Shown: one piece after another, positions 1 to 9,825 of the stretch
How positions within the stretch are numbered: position 1 is the stretch's first letter
Layout: each line of letters begins with the position of its first letter
From: Macrostomum hystrix
Lineage: Eukaryota > Animalia > Platyhelminthes
DNA length: 64,000 nucleotides
NCBI GenBank assembly: GCA_950097015.1
Contig: CATNEN010000001.1
Span: forward strand, 14,508,001-14,572,000
Direction of reading: 5' to 3'
Program-made: the position numbers and the translations under genes
The notes under the pieces: model-generated
What the model was told of the DNA's origin: nothing
Seen by the model: the letters and a program-made list of their open reading frames with translations, nothing else
Databases searched by the model: none

Positions 1-689
1 GAACTTAGGGACCGTGGTACGAGAGGCAAACGCGATAACCGCTCTGCCACCGACCCCCGTCAAACTACTGTAATTTACTTTGGACTTCTGACGAAACAAG
101 TTGAGTTCGTAGGCTAATACGCTTAAGCCACCGATTTCAAGAAACAAAAGTGCTAAAACTGTTAGTATGTTATTTTCACTTTTAATATCTAATTTTCCAT
201 TCTTAGATATTCCAAAAGTTTCGGTAATTTTTTCTCGTAAACTTATTGCTGATCAATCTATCAAAAAACAGCACAAATTGACGGTGTGAGCCTAAAAAGC
301 AAAGAAACGCATTCTCCTACTCATTTTCAGTAGTCTAAAATGCATTTTTTCGAAATTTTAGAAAATTCGTCTAACTCACAAAATAGGAAGGACGCAACAC
401 GAATTGAACAGCCGAAGACGAAACTAAAATATTCTGGAAAGCAGATAAATTTTTACTCGCAGCCAGAAAGAAAGCCAGAGCATACTGTGCGAGAGTACAC
501 AGTACACAGGAGGTTTAAAAACCAACAGAGCTCGACCTTCGTTGCATAAGCCACGCACACTCGAGATGCTAATCAGAAGGGACGTTAAGTACATCGTACT
601 CCTTTTTCATCGAAAATCATAAAATCTTTTTTCAGCAGGCTTATAATTTTCCGAAGCAAACTAAAGAATGATAACTACAATGTACAAAG

Positions 690-1187
690 TTACAGACTGT
701 CCTCATTTAGAAATCCCATCTTCAGCAACTCCTCGGCGGACTGTCTCATCCTGCGGTCTCGGGCGGTGCAGCAGCTGTAGAAGTCCTGCAGAGCTGCTGA
801 GTAACCGGCCGGGAACTCCGGGGCGCCTAGCTCCTCCAGCCGCTTGGCCATTTGGAAAAAGTTTCTGGCCTTTGCATACGGCCTCTCACCCGAGGCCATC
901 TGGAACACAGTGCAGCCAAAGGCCCACACGTCTGACTCTCTGCTGTACATCACGCTGTCTGTCTCATCGGGTGCCAGCAGCTCTGGCGCCATGAAGTTCA
1001 GAGTGCCCTGTGGTGTGGCAGCGGAGGCTGAGAAGTGGCTGACTGACTGTTCCAGCTTGATTGACAGGCCGAAGTCGATCACCTTGATTCGCCTGCTGTC
1101 GGAGAGCACCATGATGTTGCTGCAGTTGATGTCTCTGTGGATCACTGGCGGCTGTCGGCTGTGCATGTAGTGCAGAGCGCTGCAGAT
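690..1187 (-). CDS. Ankyrin-kinase exon 3 (kinase C-lobe; MAP3K/STE11-like flavour)
   Basis: Acceptor ctacAG at 1188; ICSALHYMH, HRDINCSN, DFG, GTLNFMAPE, SDVWAFGC, then stop at 690. Confidence 0.88.
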   Translation of the reverse strand: MCSALHYMHSRQPPVIHRDINCSNIMVLSDSRRIKVIDFGLSIKLEQSVSHFSASAATPQGTLNFMAPELLAPDETDSVMYSRESDVWAFGCTVFQMASGERPYAKARNFFQMAKRLEELGAPEFPAGYSAALQDFYSCCTARDRRMRQSAEELLKMGFLNEDSL

Positions 1188-1258
1188 CTGTAGGGAGAGT
1201 GAGGGTGATGTGCACTCAAAATTACAAAGTGAGAAATTCGCGGATTTACGGGTGTTAC

Positions 1259-1634
1259 CTGCTTGCAAAACTTTCGCATAGTCGCTTCATCCAGCGGCTT
1301 CGAGTCGAGAAATCTCTCCAGACTGCGGCCATCCAGCAGCTCCATGAGCAGCACGACTGTGACAGATTCTGGCTGAGCGATGATGTGCAAGAATCTGACA
1401 ATGTTTTCGTGGCTGAGTAGGCACAGGTTCTTCTCACTCTCAACTGCTCTGTTGATTTTCAGCATCTTCGAATGGTCCAGCTGATCACCTGGGTGCATTG
1501 GCAGTTTGATTGTTTTTGCAGCGCACCTGATGCCCTTGTCTGTGAGCACTTCGTGGACTTCACCGAAGCCTCCCCTGCCGATAAACTTGACGGAGTCCCA
1601 TCGCAAAAAAAATGGCGGACTGGAAGGTCGCTGA
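1259..1634 (-). CDS. Ankyrin-kinase exon 2 (kinase N-lobe)
   Basis: Gly-loop IGRGGFGEV, AAK lysine, alphaC Glu (ESE), HENIVRF, LMELLDGRSL; ends at CAG|GTAACA (phase 0). Flanking introns are 77 nt and 71 nt. Confidence 0.88.
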
Positions 1635-1711
1635 CTGAAAGATTCAAAAGCTCAAAATTCAGGAATATCTTGCTTTGGACTTTATTGAAGCTTTTTTTTA
1701 AATGAACTCAC

Positions 1712-2433
1712 TTGCCATGCGGCTGAGCTGGGGGCATCGGATGTGGAGGAGCAGTGAGCAGCTGCTGCTTGCTGGACATCCATGCCCGCTTGCCGAACTT
1801 CCTGCTGGCAGCTGAGTCCTGCTCCACCATGTCAGCCAGGGTCTGGCCTGCCTTGTTTTCCAAGCTGAACATCCGTGGTCCGATGTGCTCAAACAGGAAC
1901 TGAAGCGAGTCAGCCGACTGACACAATGCAGCGAAATGCACGGCCGTGTCTCCGTTGTTGTCAGGAACTGTCAGGCAGTCGCCGCCGAGCTCCTTCGCAA
2001 CAAACTTCAGCGACGAGTTGCAGTTTTTGTTCCTGGCCGCGTAGTGAGCGGTTGTCCAGCCGATGTAATCTGTCACCCGGAAGCTGTCCTTGCCCAAAGA
2101 ATCGCAAACCACAAGCATCCAGGATTCGTCTTTATTCCAGGCCGCCAAATGCACCGGGGTTTCATTCGACTTGTTTCGGCATATCAGACAGCCCGGCCCG
2201 AGCTTCTTAATCAGCAGCCTGAGGCACTGCAGACTGACCTGACACTGAGCCACCCAATGCACCAACGATTCTGTGAAGCCGAGAACCGTCAATTGAATGT
2301 TGGCATCAACCTGAGCGCACAGTCGCAGCAACTCCTTACTGTTTCTGGCCTCTAAAGCCGCTTCAAGCTCTCGCTCGATTGAGTCTCTGCCGCCGCTAAC
2401 CTCGGCGACGAACCGGTTCGAACCATTTTCCAT
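1712..2433 (-). CDS. Ankyrin-repeat Ser/Thr protein kinase, exon 1 (ankyrin domain); gene = join(complement 2433..1712, 1634..1259, 1187..690), ~531 aa
   Basis: ATG at 2433; ankyrin motifs ETPVHLAA, WTTAHYAA, DTAVHFAA. Donor AA|GTGAGT at 1711 (phase 2) joins in frame to acceptor tttcAG at 1635. Confidence 0.85.
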
Positions 2434-2840
2434 CGTTTTAGAAAGGCCTCTGATGCAGTCTAAAGACCAACTCGGCTACTATAAAGAAGCTTTACAATGA
2501 CCGGGCTCCTCCACTCCGCCCCTCTAACCATCCCTACAGCGGATTGGCTAGCGGGAATTGCGGCGAGAGCGAATTGTTCTGTAGGGTAGTAATTAGACTT
2601 AGACAATGGCTGAGGGATGGTATAGTGAAGTGCGGTATAAATACGCTCGTAGAATCAATATATACGTAAGGAAGGAAAGTACAAAGGAAGGAAGAAAGAA
2701 AGGAAGGAAGGAAGCATATGATTTCAAGCAATTAAGCGTGTGTCATGGCTATTTTTAGCGAGACGCATAAACAGTAAACATTTCCTTCGGTCTTTCTAAT
2801 TTGGTAGTTTGGCCGTGTTTATAGAAAAATTGAAAAAAAA

Positions 2841-2950
2841 CGGCTGTTCTGTCCATGGACTGGGGGGACGCCACACCCACCATTAATTACCGATTAAGGT
2901 GTTGATGCTGATGCTGGTACCCATTTAAGAGCTGAGTGAATTGAAGCAAT
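2841..2950 (-). mobile_element. Truncated, diverged copy of the CORE-like SINE (family A)
   Basis: cggctgttctgtccatggactggggggacgccacacccac...atgctggtacccatttaagagctgagtgaattgaagcaat closely matches 6067-6164. Confidence 0.75.
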
Positions 2951-3268
2951 CCACTGTGTATTTTTAGTACTACGAACTCAGATAGCCAGGGGCTGACGGA
3001 CAATGAACTCAACAGCTGCTCTCTTGTGGGAAAGAAATGTGGAACTTTGTCTAAACGTGCAAAGCACTGTTTAATTGTTTACTGCTTGAGTATGCTCGAA
3101 TTGAAATTTTATTAGAAAAAACGTACATTTTTCGCAAATAAAATTTGTGTGCATTGTCCGTAGCCATTTTTAAGGGAACTTAAATGGGATTTTCTAAAAA
3201 CGCATTTTGCAAGACAGCACCATGAAGTTTCCAGATTGTTAAATATAAAAATCATCCGGCTCAGAATC

Positions 3269-4162
3269 CTAGGGAGAAGTAGTTTGAGTAGGAGGGTTCT
3301 CAACTGAGCTGTTTGCTGGCAGTGGAGCGTCCTGCAGCTTGTTTGAAATCCAGTCCCGTTTGCTAGCTTTGCTTGTATCGTCCCAGTCATTCTCTAGCAA
3401 ATCAGAAAGGGTTTGGCCAGCAATGTTCTTCAAGCTATACATCCGTGGTCCGATGTGCTCAAATAGGAACTGAAGCGAGTCAGCCGACTGCCACTGAGCA
3501 GCTAGATGGACAGCTGTGTTGCCGAGCTTGTCAGGCGCAAGAAGGCATTCGGTACCGATCTCCTTCACCAGCCACTTCAGAGTGGAATTGCGGTGAGTGT
3601 TTCTGGCTGCAAAGTGAACAGCACTTCTGCCAAATTTGTCCAATTTAAAAAAGCATTTAGTTCCGATTTCTTCTTTGAGGAATTCCATCGAGTCAACTCC
3701 TTGATACCAAGCAGCCAGGTGGACAACCGTGTCACCGTCCTCGTCAGGATCTGTGAGACAGTCGCTACCAAGCTGCCGAACCAACCACTTCATCGACGAG
3801 TTGTTAAAGACGTTCATTGCGGCGAAATGAGCAGCCGTGCGGCCGTACCTTCCGCTGACCCAGAAGCAGTCCAGTCCGAGATGGTCGCCGATCAGCTGAA
3901 GCCAGGCGTACCCCTGGTTTTCTGCGGCCACGTGTACCGGAGTTTCATCCCATCGATTTCTGCCAGTTAGGCAGCTCTTGCCAAGCGTAAAGATCAGCAG
4001 CCTCAGGCATTGCAGATGGACTGGTCGGCGCGTCACGTGATGTACCACAGACTCGGTGCAAATGCCAGCCGTCATAGTGATATTTCTGTCCAGCCGGACG
4101 CACATTCGAAGCAGCTGCGAGCTGTCATTGGCTTCCAGTGCTGCTCTGAGCCTTCTTTCCAT
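3269..4162 (-). CDS. Ankyrin-repeat protein (kinase-less paralog of the neighbouring ankyrin-kinase N-terminus), 297 aa
   Basis: Single open frame with about 6 ankyrin repeats (ETPVHVAA, RTAAHFAA, DTVVHLAA, RSAVHFAA, NTAVHLAA). Near-identical segment QSADSLQFLFEHIGPRM shared with 1712-2433. Confidence 0.8.
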   Translation of the reverse strand: MERRLRAALEANDSSQLLRMCVRLDRNITMTAGICTESVVHHVTRRPVHLQCLRLLIFTLGKSCLTGRNRWDETPVHVAAENQGYAWLQLIGDHLGLDCFWVSGRYGRTAAHFAAMNVFNNSSMKWLVRQLGSDCLTDPDEDGDTVVHLAAWYQGVDSMEFLKEEIGTKCFFKLDKFGRSAVHFAARNTHRNSTLKWLVKEIGTECLLAPDKLGNTAVHLAAQWQSADSLQFLFEHIGPRMYSLKNIAGQTLSDLLENDWDDTSKASKRDWISNKLQDAPLPANSSVENPPTQTTSP

Positions 4163-4693
4163 TCTTTGACCTCGCAGTCTCTGCCTCTAGAAGCGACTCA
4201 GGTAAATTGAGCAAACAAATGAAGATTCTTGCTTGGAACTCCAGCAACAGCTCGAGAAGGTGAAACGTGCCTAGAAATGCGTAGAAGATCGGCCCAAGAA
4301 GTAGCTTATTGGCCTACAATCTCGAGATGTATGAGCAGTGGGCTGTGTGTGCTGCGCGCGCACCTCTGTTGCGGGGTCGAAAATTATGTACAACGCGACA
4401 GAAAAACATCTTGCTTTGCTGTTGCATTTTATTTTTAGAAATGATGTAAAATGTCCTTATGGTCAATATGCTTCTATATTCTTTATGCAGTTAATAGATA
4501 AAACAAGTGTACTGGCTTTAATTGGTTAGTTTAGAATTTCATGCCGCTATTTATTGGGGCAATGTGTCACCCCCACTTCAGATAACGACAAACGACAGAC
4601 GATTAAACGACACTAGGAGTATAAGGACTGAAAACAATACGTTTCTTAGAAAATGTTTAGGAGGTAGACATTGTAAGTGCCTGTCGGCGGTCT

Positions 4694-4745
4694 GTGGCAG
4701 AGTTAACGTATTTGCCTCTCGCACCAAGGTCCCTAAACTCAATTA
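4694..4745 (+). mobile_element. 5' head fragment of SINE-like family B
   Basis: ttgcctctcgcaccaaggtccct matches 39251-39273 and the reverse complement of ~45388-45410. Confidence 0.55.
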
Positions 4746-5481
4746 GCTAAATCAACTCACCTGTGGCAAAATCGACTCAACTGTAGCTAAATCGACTCAT
4801 CTGTAGCTAAATCGACTCATCTGTACCTAAATCGACTCATCTGTACCTAAATCGACTCACCTGTAGTTAAATCGACTCACCTGTAGCTATATCGACTCAC
4901 CTGTAGCTATATCGACTCACCTGTAGCTAAATCGACTCACCTGTAGCTAAATCGACTCACCTGTAGCCAAATCGACTCACCTGTAGTTAAATCGACTCAC
5001 CTGTGGCAAAATCGACTCACCTGTAGTTAAATCGACTCACCTGTAGCTAAATCGACTCACCTGTAGTTAAATTGACTCACCTGTAGTTAAATTGACTCAC
5101 CTTGTAGCTAAATCGACTCACCTGTAGCTATATCGACTCACCTGTAGCTAAATTGACTCACCTGTAGCTATATCGACTCACCTGTAGCTAAATCGACTCA
5201 CCTGTAGCCAAATCGACTCACCTGTAGCTATATCGACTCACCTGTAGTTAAATCGATTCACCTTGTAGCTAAATCGACTCATCTGTAGCTAAATCGACTC
5301 ACCTGTAGCTAAATCGACTCACCTGTAGCTAAATCGACTCACCTGTAGCTAAATCGACTTACCTGTAGCTATATCGACTCACCTGTAGTTAAATCGACTC
5401 ACCTTGTAGCTAAATCGACTCATCTGTAGCTAAATCGAATCACCTGTGGCTAAATCGACTCTGTAAATAAATCGACTCACC
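4745..5481. repeat. 20-bp minisatellite (AAATCGACTCACCTGTAGCT)n, ~36 copies
   Basis: Direct inspection; the reverse strand reads TAGCTACAGGTGAGTCGATT. Confidence 0.95.
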
Positions 5482-5974
5482 AAGATCTTAAGAAATCGAA
5501 AGCTATCGGGAACGATGTCATCAAAAGGTTAAAGTGGTTCAATTTGCAAAAGTAATTAATCTGTTTCGAAAAAAATCTAAGCGAAGCGAATGTAGCTCGT
5601 ATGTAGCGTATCGTAAAAGAGAAACTAAATTGATTACTCAAAACTCCGAAGCATACTACTCATGTGAGAACATATAGAATTTGTAGAAGAAGTGGGTCAT
5701 CGACTCTTTTTAGGTTATTCGGCCCGACTACAAAGGAGCAAAGAAGTCTTCAAGAAGAGGAACCCGCAGTGGCCTCATAACAGCCGAGTGATGAAATCTA
5801 TTCCTTGGCGTGTGATCCCTAAAAGCACTGACCCCGCAGATCTTGCGTTTACAGAGTTCGACTCAATGTGGACTCAAGATATTCTCTGCATAGAAGTGTC
5901 TGAGTAATAGCTCCGTGCAGACATCGAATACCAAATATCGGCCGAGACTACAAAGGAAGAAGTTACCTCAGCGC

Positions 5975-6274
5975 TATAATTATTGATTACACCTGCCCTA
6001 ATCGGGTCAGATGTGCAGCCGACAGCACAGCCGCAGCTATTGCGCGGCGCATCTGAAGGCTGCGTACGGCTGTTCAGTCCATGGACTGGGGGGACGCCAC
6101 ACCCACCTTCAATTATCCCAGCTAATGCTGGTACCCATTTAACAGCTGGGTGAACTGAAGCAATGCAGAGTTAAGTGTCTTGCTAAAGGACACAATTTTT
6201 TTAAGTGGAGACGGGAATCGAACCCCCGACCTTCAAGTCGTGAGTCCGACGCCCTAACCACTAGGCTACAACCT
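5975..6274 (-). mobile_element. Full-length tRNA-derived CORE-like SINE (family A) with 8-bp TSD
   Basis: Minus strand: A box TAGCCTAGTGG, B box GGTTCGATTCC, then gtgtcctttagcaagacacttaactc...cagttcacccagctgttaaatgggtac (resembles the MIR/CORE consensus) and an AT-rich tail. Flanked by direct repeat CTCAGCGC at 5967-5974 and 6275-6282. Confidence 0.8.
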
Positions 6275-6932
6275 CTCAGCGCAAGGAATATACAAGTACT
6301 TTCGATGCAGGCACCTCTTTAGAAATCAAGCAGCTACGAGATCACTGACAGAAGAACTACCAAGGGGGTATTTCAACATCCCCACTGACTATTTCACAAT
6401 TGATCCCAAACCGAATGACCGATTTTTGTGAAAGTCACACCCATATGGATCGAAATTTTCCGCCCCTAACTATGAACTAATTTTCAAAACCGTCCGACGA
6501 GATAGTCAGCAAGTCTTTGTTGAAGGCCCTGAAGACAAGGATAGCTAACATTGCTATGATTAAACCCACTGAGGCAAATTCATATAGGTTCAAATATATA
6601 ATAACAAAATAAATTAAGATTGGTTATTTAATTGTTAAAAAATTTTACTATTCTGCGCCGGGAATGTGTTGTCTATGGTAATTTTTGGTGAGATTATTTG
6701 ACAAAAACTAGGACATTATATCATATAATCTCCTCGAAATAAGGAGCATTATATGGAACATTGAAGTGAACTTTGAATTCGGCTTTTATGTTTTGCCACC
6801 ACTGACTGACTGGCTGCTTCGTGACTGTACCTTCGTGAGAAATTTATTTTTTGTCTATGGTCGGAATCAAATGGTCTAAACTATCAATCAGATGGGATGC
6901 CCCCGAAAATAAGCAATCGAATTTCATATATG

Positions 6933-7058
6933 ATAAACGCCGTTAATTCATCATAGTCTATGGTTAGAATGTCCGAGGCTGCGCTACGCTCGCCTCGAGA
7001 CCATTAAACGCAGCCTCGGACATTCCAACCACAGATTGTGAATTAAACGGCGTTTTAT
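6933..7058. mobile_element. MITE-like imperfect inverted repeat (foldback), ~125 bp
   Basis: AAACGCCGTTAATTCA..TCTATGGTTAGAATGTCCGAGGCTGCG pairs with CGCAGCCTCGGACATTCCAACCACAGA..TGAATTAAACGGCGTTT. Confidence 0.6.
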
Positions 7059-7666
7059 AATTTACATAAAGTTACATTTACATAAAGTTAAATTTACATA
7101 AATTCACATATATATATTAAATACATTTTTACAGACATATTATGTGGAGCCGACATGGTTCCATGATAAAATTTCGATGATGCAAATTCGAAATACAATG
7201 GTCTGTCTAAGCTGTTAAGGCAAGAAGGTTTAAATTTTCTTAGTATCTTAGCTACTGAGAGGCTACTGAGAGTCAGTTGTTGTTGTACCAAGACACTCAT
7301 CACCAAGTTACAATTGCGTGTTGACACGATGTGTCAAAGGTCTGAACAGAAATGCATCATCTATTGAAATGGCCTTAATTGCTTATCTAACTTTTGGCTC
7401 TGAAATCATGCTGGTGCATCTATTTCTTTTGTAAATTCTGCGACTTCCGTAGGTGATACATCTGTTCACCTTTGTGTAAGATTCATGAAGTTTAGCATTT
7501 ACCACTGCTTTGCCTTTCCCTTCGGTGTACATACATACGGTTGTTAATACCGTATTCCGTGTCTTATCTAAGCTGGCTGACCTCCAGGCTAATACAAAAG
7601 CTGCAGTTTTATCCGACTAGTGCGTTTGTTTCTTTGCGCTTGGAAAACTGGCCCTCTAACCTGGAG

Positions 7667-9487
7667 ATGAGCGCCCGCATTGTTCTAGTGCTGCCACTAT
7701 TGTGGCTGCTGCAAGCAGAGCTGCCATCAGCGAGTCGAGTGCACGACTTGCTGCACGAAGCCTCGGATAGTTCGCTGCGCGATTCTAGGACGCCAAACCA
7801 ATACGTGGTGAGCATGCGAGCTGACCAAGGGCAGCCTCAGCAGAAACCATCGGAGAAGCTCAACAATCCGAGACATCGGTACAGGATGAAGTTTCCGATT
7901 CCACAGGATGACGACACGATCATGGCGAGTGTCGTCTATCAGAAAGGCAAGTTCAAAATTGTCAGCGACTCCTGGGTGGATGACGCTCTGGCCTACGGTA
8001 TGATATCCCGCACGCTCAACAGCACGGGTTGGGACGTTCTGGACATTGTGACAGCAACTGGCAAGTCATTGAAGAACGACACAGCGGTGATGTACTCGGC
8101 TGGCCTTCTCGAAGGCTACCTGACAGCGGATCGCATAGCGCTGATGTACCGGAACTCCATGGCAATGCAATTCCCGACAGAGAACAGCCGCAAGGTGCTG
8201 TTTCCGAGAGTTCGCGAGTTCCTGACTCGCCAGTTCGACTGGGCGAGAAGCTTCGCCGCTGTGAATCAGCACTCTGCGTTTGGCAGGCACACTGGCTTCG
8301 TGATGGCCCAGCTGCAAGGCCTCATCGATGGCTACCTGATCAAGAACGTCTCGTCGCAGCGGGATCCTTTCGTGCTGCTCTTTTTGAATGCCGCAGGCGA
8401 TCTTGGCGACATTGTGACGGCGCTGAATGATACAAAGCCGGACTACTTCGAGCGAATGTCTCAAAAGGAGTTTAAGAATTTTGTGCAATCCGCCGGCCAT
8501 TGCTCCGCCCTCATTCGGGTGACGCCGGGACTCGAGCAGCTTTACATGGGACACTCGACCTGGTCCTCCTACTCCACCATGCTGCGCATGTACAAGCACT
8601 ATCGGCTAAGCCTAGCGGACCCTGACGCTGCAAGCAGCAGTGTATCGTTTTCAAGTTATCCGGGATCCCTGGAATCTATAGACGATTTCTACATCATGGA
8701 CAGCGGCTTGGTCATGCTTGAAACCACGAACCAGATTTTCAATATGTCGCTGTTTAAGTCGGTAAAGCCTGAGAGCCTATTGTCCTGGCAGCGGGTTCGG
8801 GTGGCCAATCAGATCGCGACCAACGGCAGTCACTGGGCGTGGGCCGTCAGCCAGCAGAACTCAGGAACCTACAACAACCAGTACATGATCATCGACCTAA
8901 GCCGCATACACGCGAACCAGTCCATCGACGACGGAGCCCTGACGGTGATCGAGCAGATCCCGACGCTGGTGGTGTCGTCGGACCAGTCCACCATCCTTCG
9001 CACCGGCTACTTTCCGTCCTACAATGTGCCCTTCCACGAGAGGATCTACAACCTGAGCGGCTACCCGGAGGTAGTGGCGAAGCGCGGCCTCGACTTCTCG
9101 TACCAGATGGCGCCTCGGGCGAAGATTTTCCGGCGAGAGGCGCCTCGGGTGTTCGACGCAGCCGGCATGGCGGCCGTCCTTCGCTTTAACGAGTTCGCCG
9201 ACGATCCCTACTCGGAGGGCGACGCCTGCAACAGCATCTGCTGCCGAAGGGACCTCCGGCCAGCTGGCAAGGAAGCGGCTGCATCGGGCTGTCTGGACTC
9301 CAAGTTCACTGACCTGGTTCTGGCCAGGTACATGACTAGCTACGCTGTCAGCGGACCCACCACTGGAAGCTCCAGCCGCGGTCTGCGGCCATTCTCCTGG
9401 CAACAGTTTCCCGGCGTTAGCCATGCTGGACTGCCTTCGGTGTACAACTTCAGCTGGGTGACAATGAGCCCGACGGTGCTGATTTAA
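7667..9487 (+). CDS. PLBD1: Phospholipase B-like 1 (Ntn-hydrolase fold, lysosomal), intronless, ~606 aa
   Basis: Signal peptide MSARIVLVLPLLWLLQA; GHCSALIRV nucleophile motif; FSSYPG, DDFY, NSGTYNNQYM, SYNVPF, APRAKIFRR and CNSICCRRDL, which are PLBD1-type rather than PLBD2-type; several N-glycosylation sequons. Confidence 0.9.
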   Translation: MSARIVLVLPLLWLLQAELPSASRVHDLLHEASDSSLRDSRTPNQYVVSMRADQGQPQQKPSEKLNNPRHRYRMKFPIPQDDDTIMASVVYQKGKFKIVSDSWVDDALAYGMISRTLNSTGWDVLDIVTATGKSLKNDTAVMYSAGLLEGYLTADRIALMYRNSMAMQFPTENSRKVLFPRVREFLTRQFDWARSFAAVNQHSAFGRHTGFVMAQLQGLIDGYLIKNVSSQRDPFVLLFLNAAGDLGDIVTALNDTKPDYFERMSQKEFKNFVQSAGHCSALIRVTPGLEQLYMGHSTWSSYSTMLRMYKHYRLSLADPDAASSSVSFSSYPGSLESIDDFYIMDSGLVMLETTNQIFNMSLFKSVKPESLLSWQRVRVANQIATNGSHWAWAVSQQNSGTYNNQYMIIDLSRIHANQSIDDGALTVIEQIPTLVVSSDQSTILRTGYFPSYNVPFHERIYNLSGYPEVVAKRGLDFSYQMAPRAKIFRREAPRVFDAAGMAAVLRFNEFADDPYSEGDACNSICCRRDLRPAGKEAAASGCLDSKFTDLVLARYMTSYAVSGPTTGSSSRGLRPFSWQQFPGVSHAGLPSVYNFSWVTMSPTVLI

Positions 9488-9825
9488 TCGTCGGAGTGAC
9501 AAGTGCTTTGAGAATCAAGTGACTCCTTCAAGTCAGTTCTATTTATCAGTTCTGCAGTTCTTGCTTCAAAATCTGTTCAAAATTCTATCTTTGTTAATTT
9601 GAATAATAATCGAATGAGATTTTAATATTTAAAGAGACAATATAAATATATTCCATTAGGTACATCAATACAATGATTTTTCCGAGTTATATTGGGCTTC
9701 AGCTTGGCTTTCCCGATTGTATTTTCAAAGAAAGAAGTCATAAAGTTTCTATAAGACTCCTGCGAACAGGGAGGTTGTAGCACGATTATCTATTCCGAGT
9801 CTTCACATGTGTCTTATCTAACCTG

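Noticed and set aside
5692-5907. 71-aa ORF next to the SINE
   Set aside because: Non-ATG start and no recognisable domain; at most a decayed TE remnant.
6203-6277. tRNA-Val(CAC)-like gene on the minus strand
   Set aside because: The acceptor stem does not pair, and it runs into a CORE-like domain bounded by a TSD, so it is a SINE head.
7541-7666. Extended N-terminus of the PLBD1 ORF from a TTG start
   Set aside because: Eukaryotic gene; the ATG at 7667 directly precedes a signal peptide.
8029-9502. Overlapping and antisense ORFs within PLBD1 (likewise within the kinase, ankyrin, GPCR and PLPP exons)
   Set aside because: Shadow ORFs caused by GC-rich codon usage, with no recognisable motifs.
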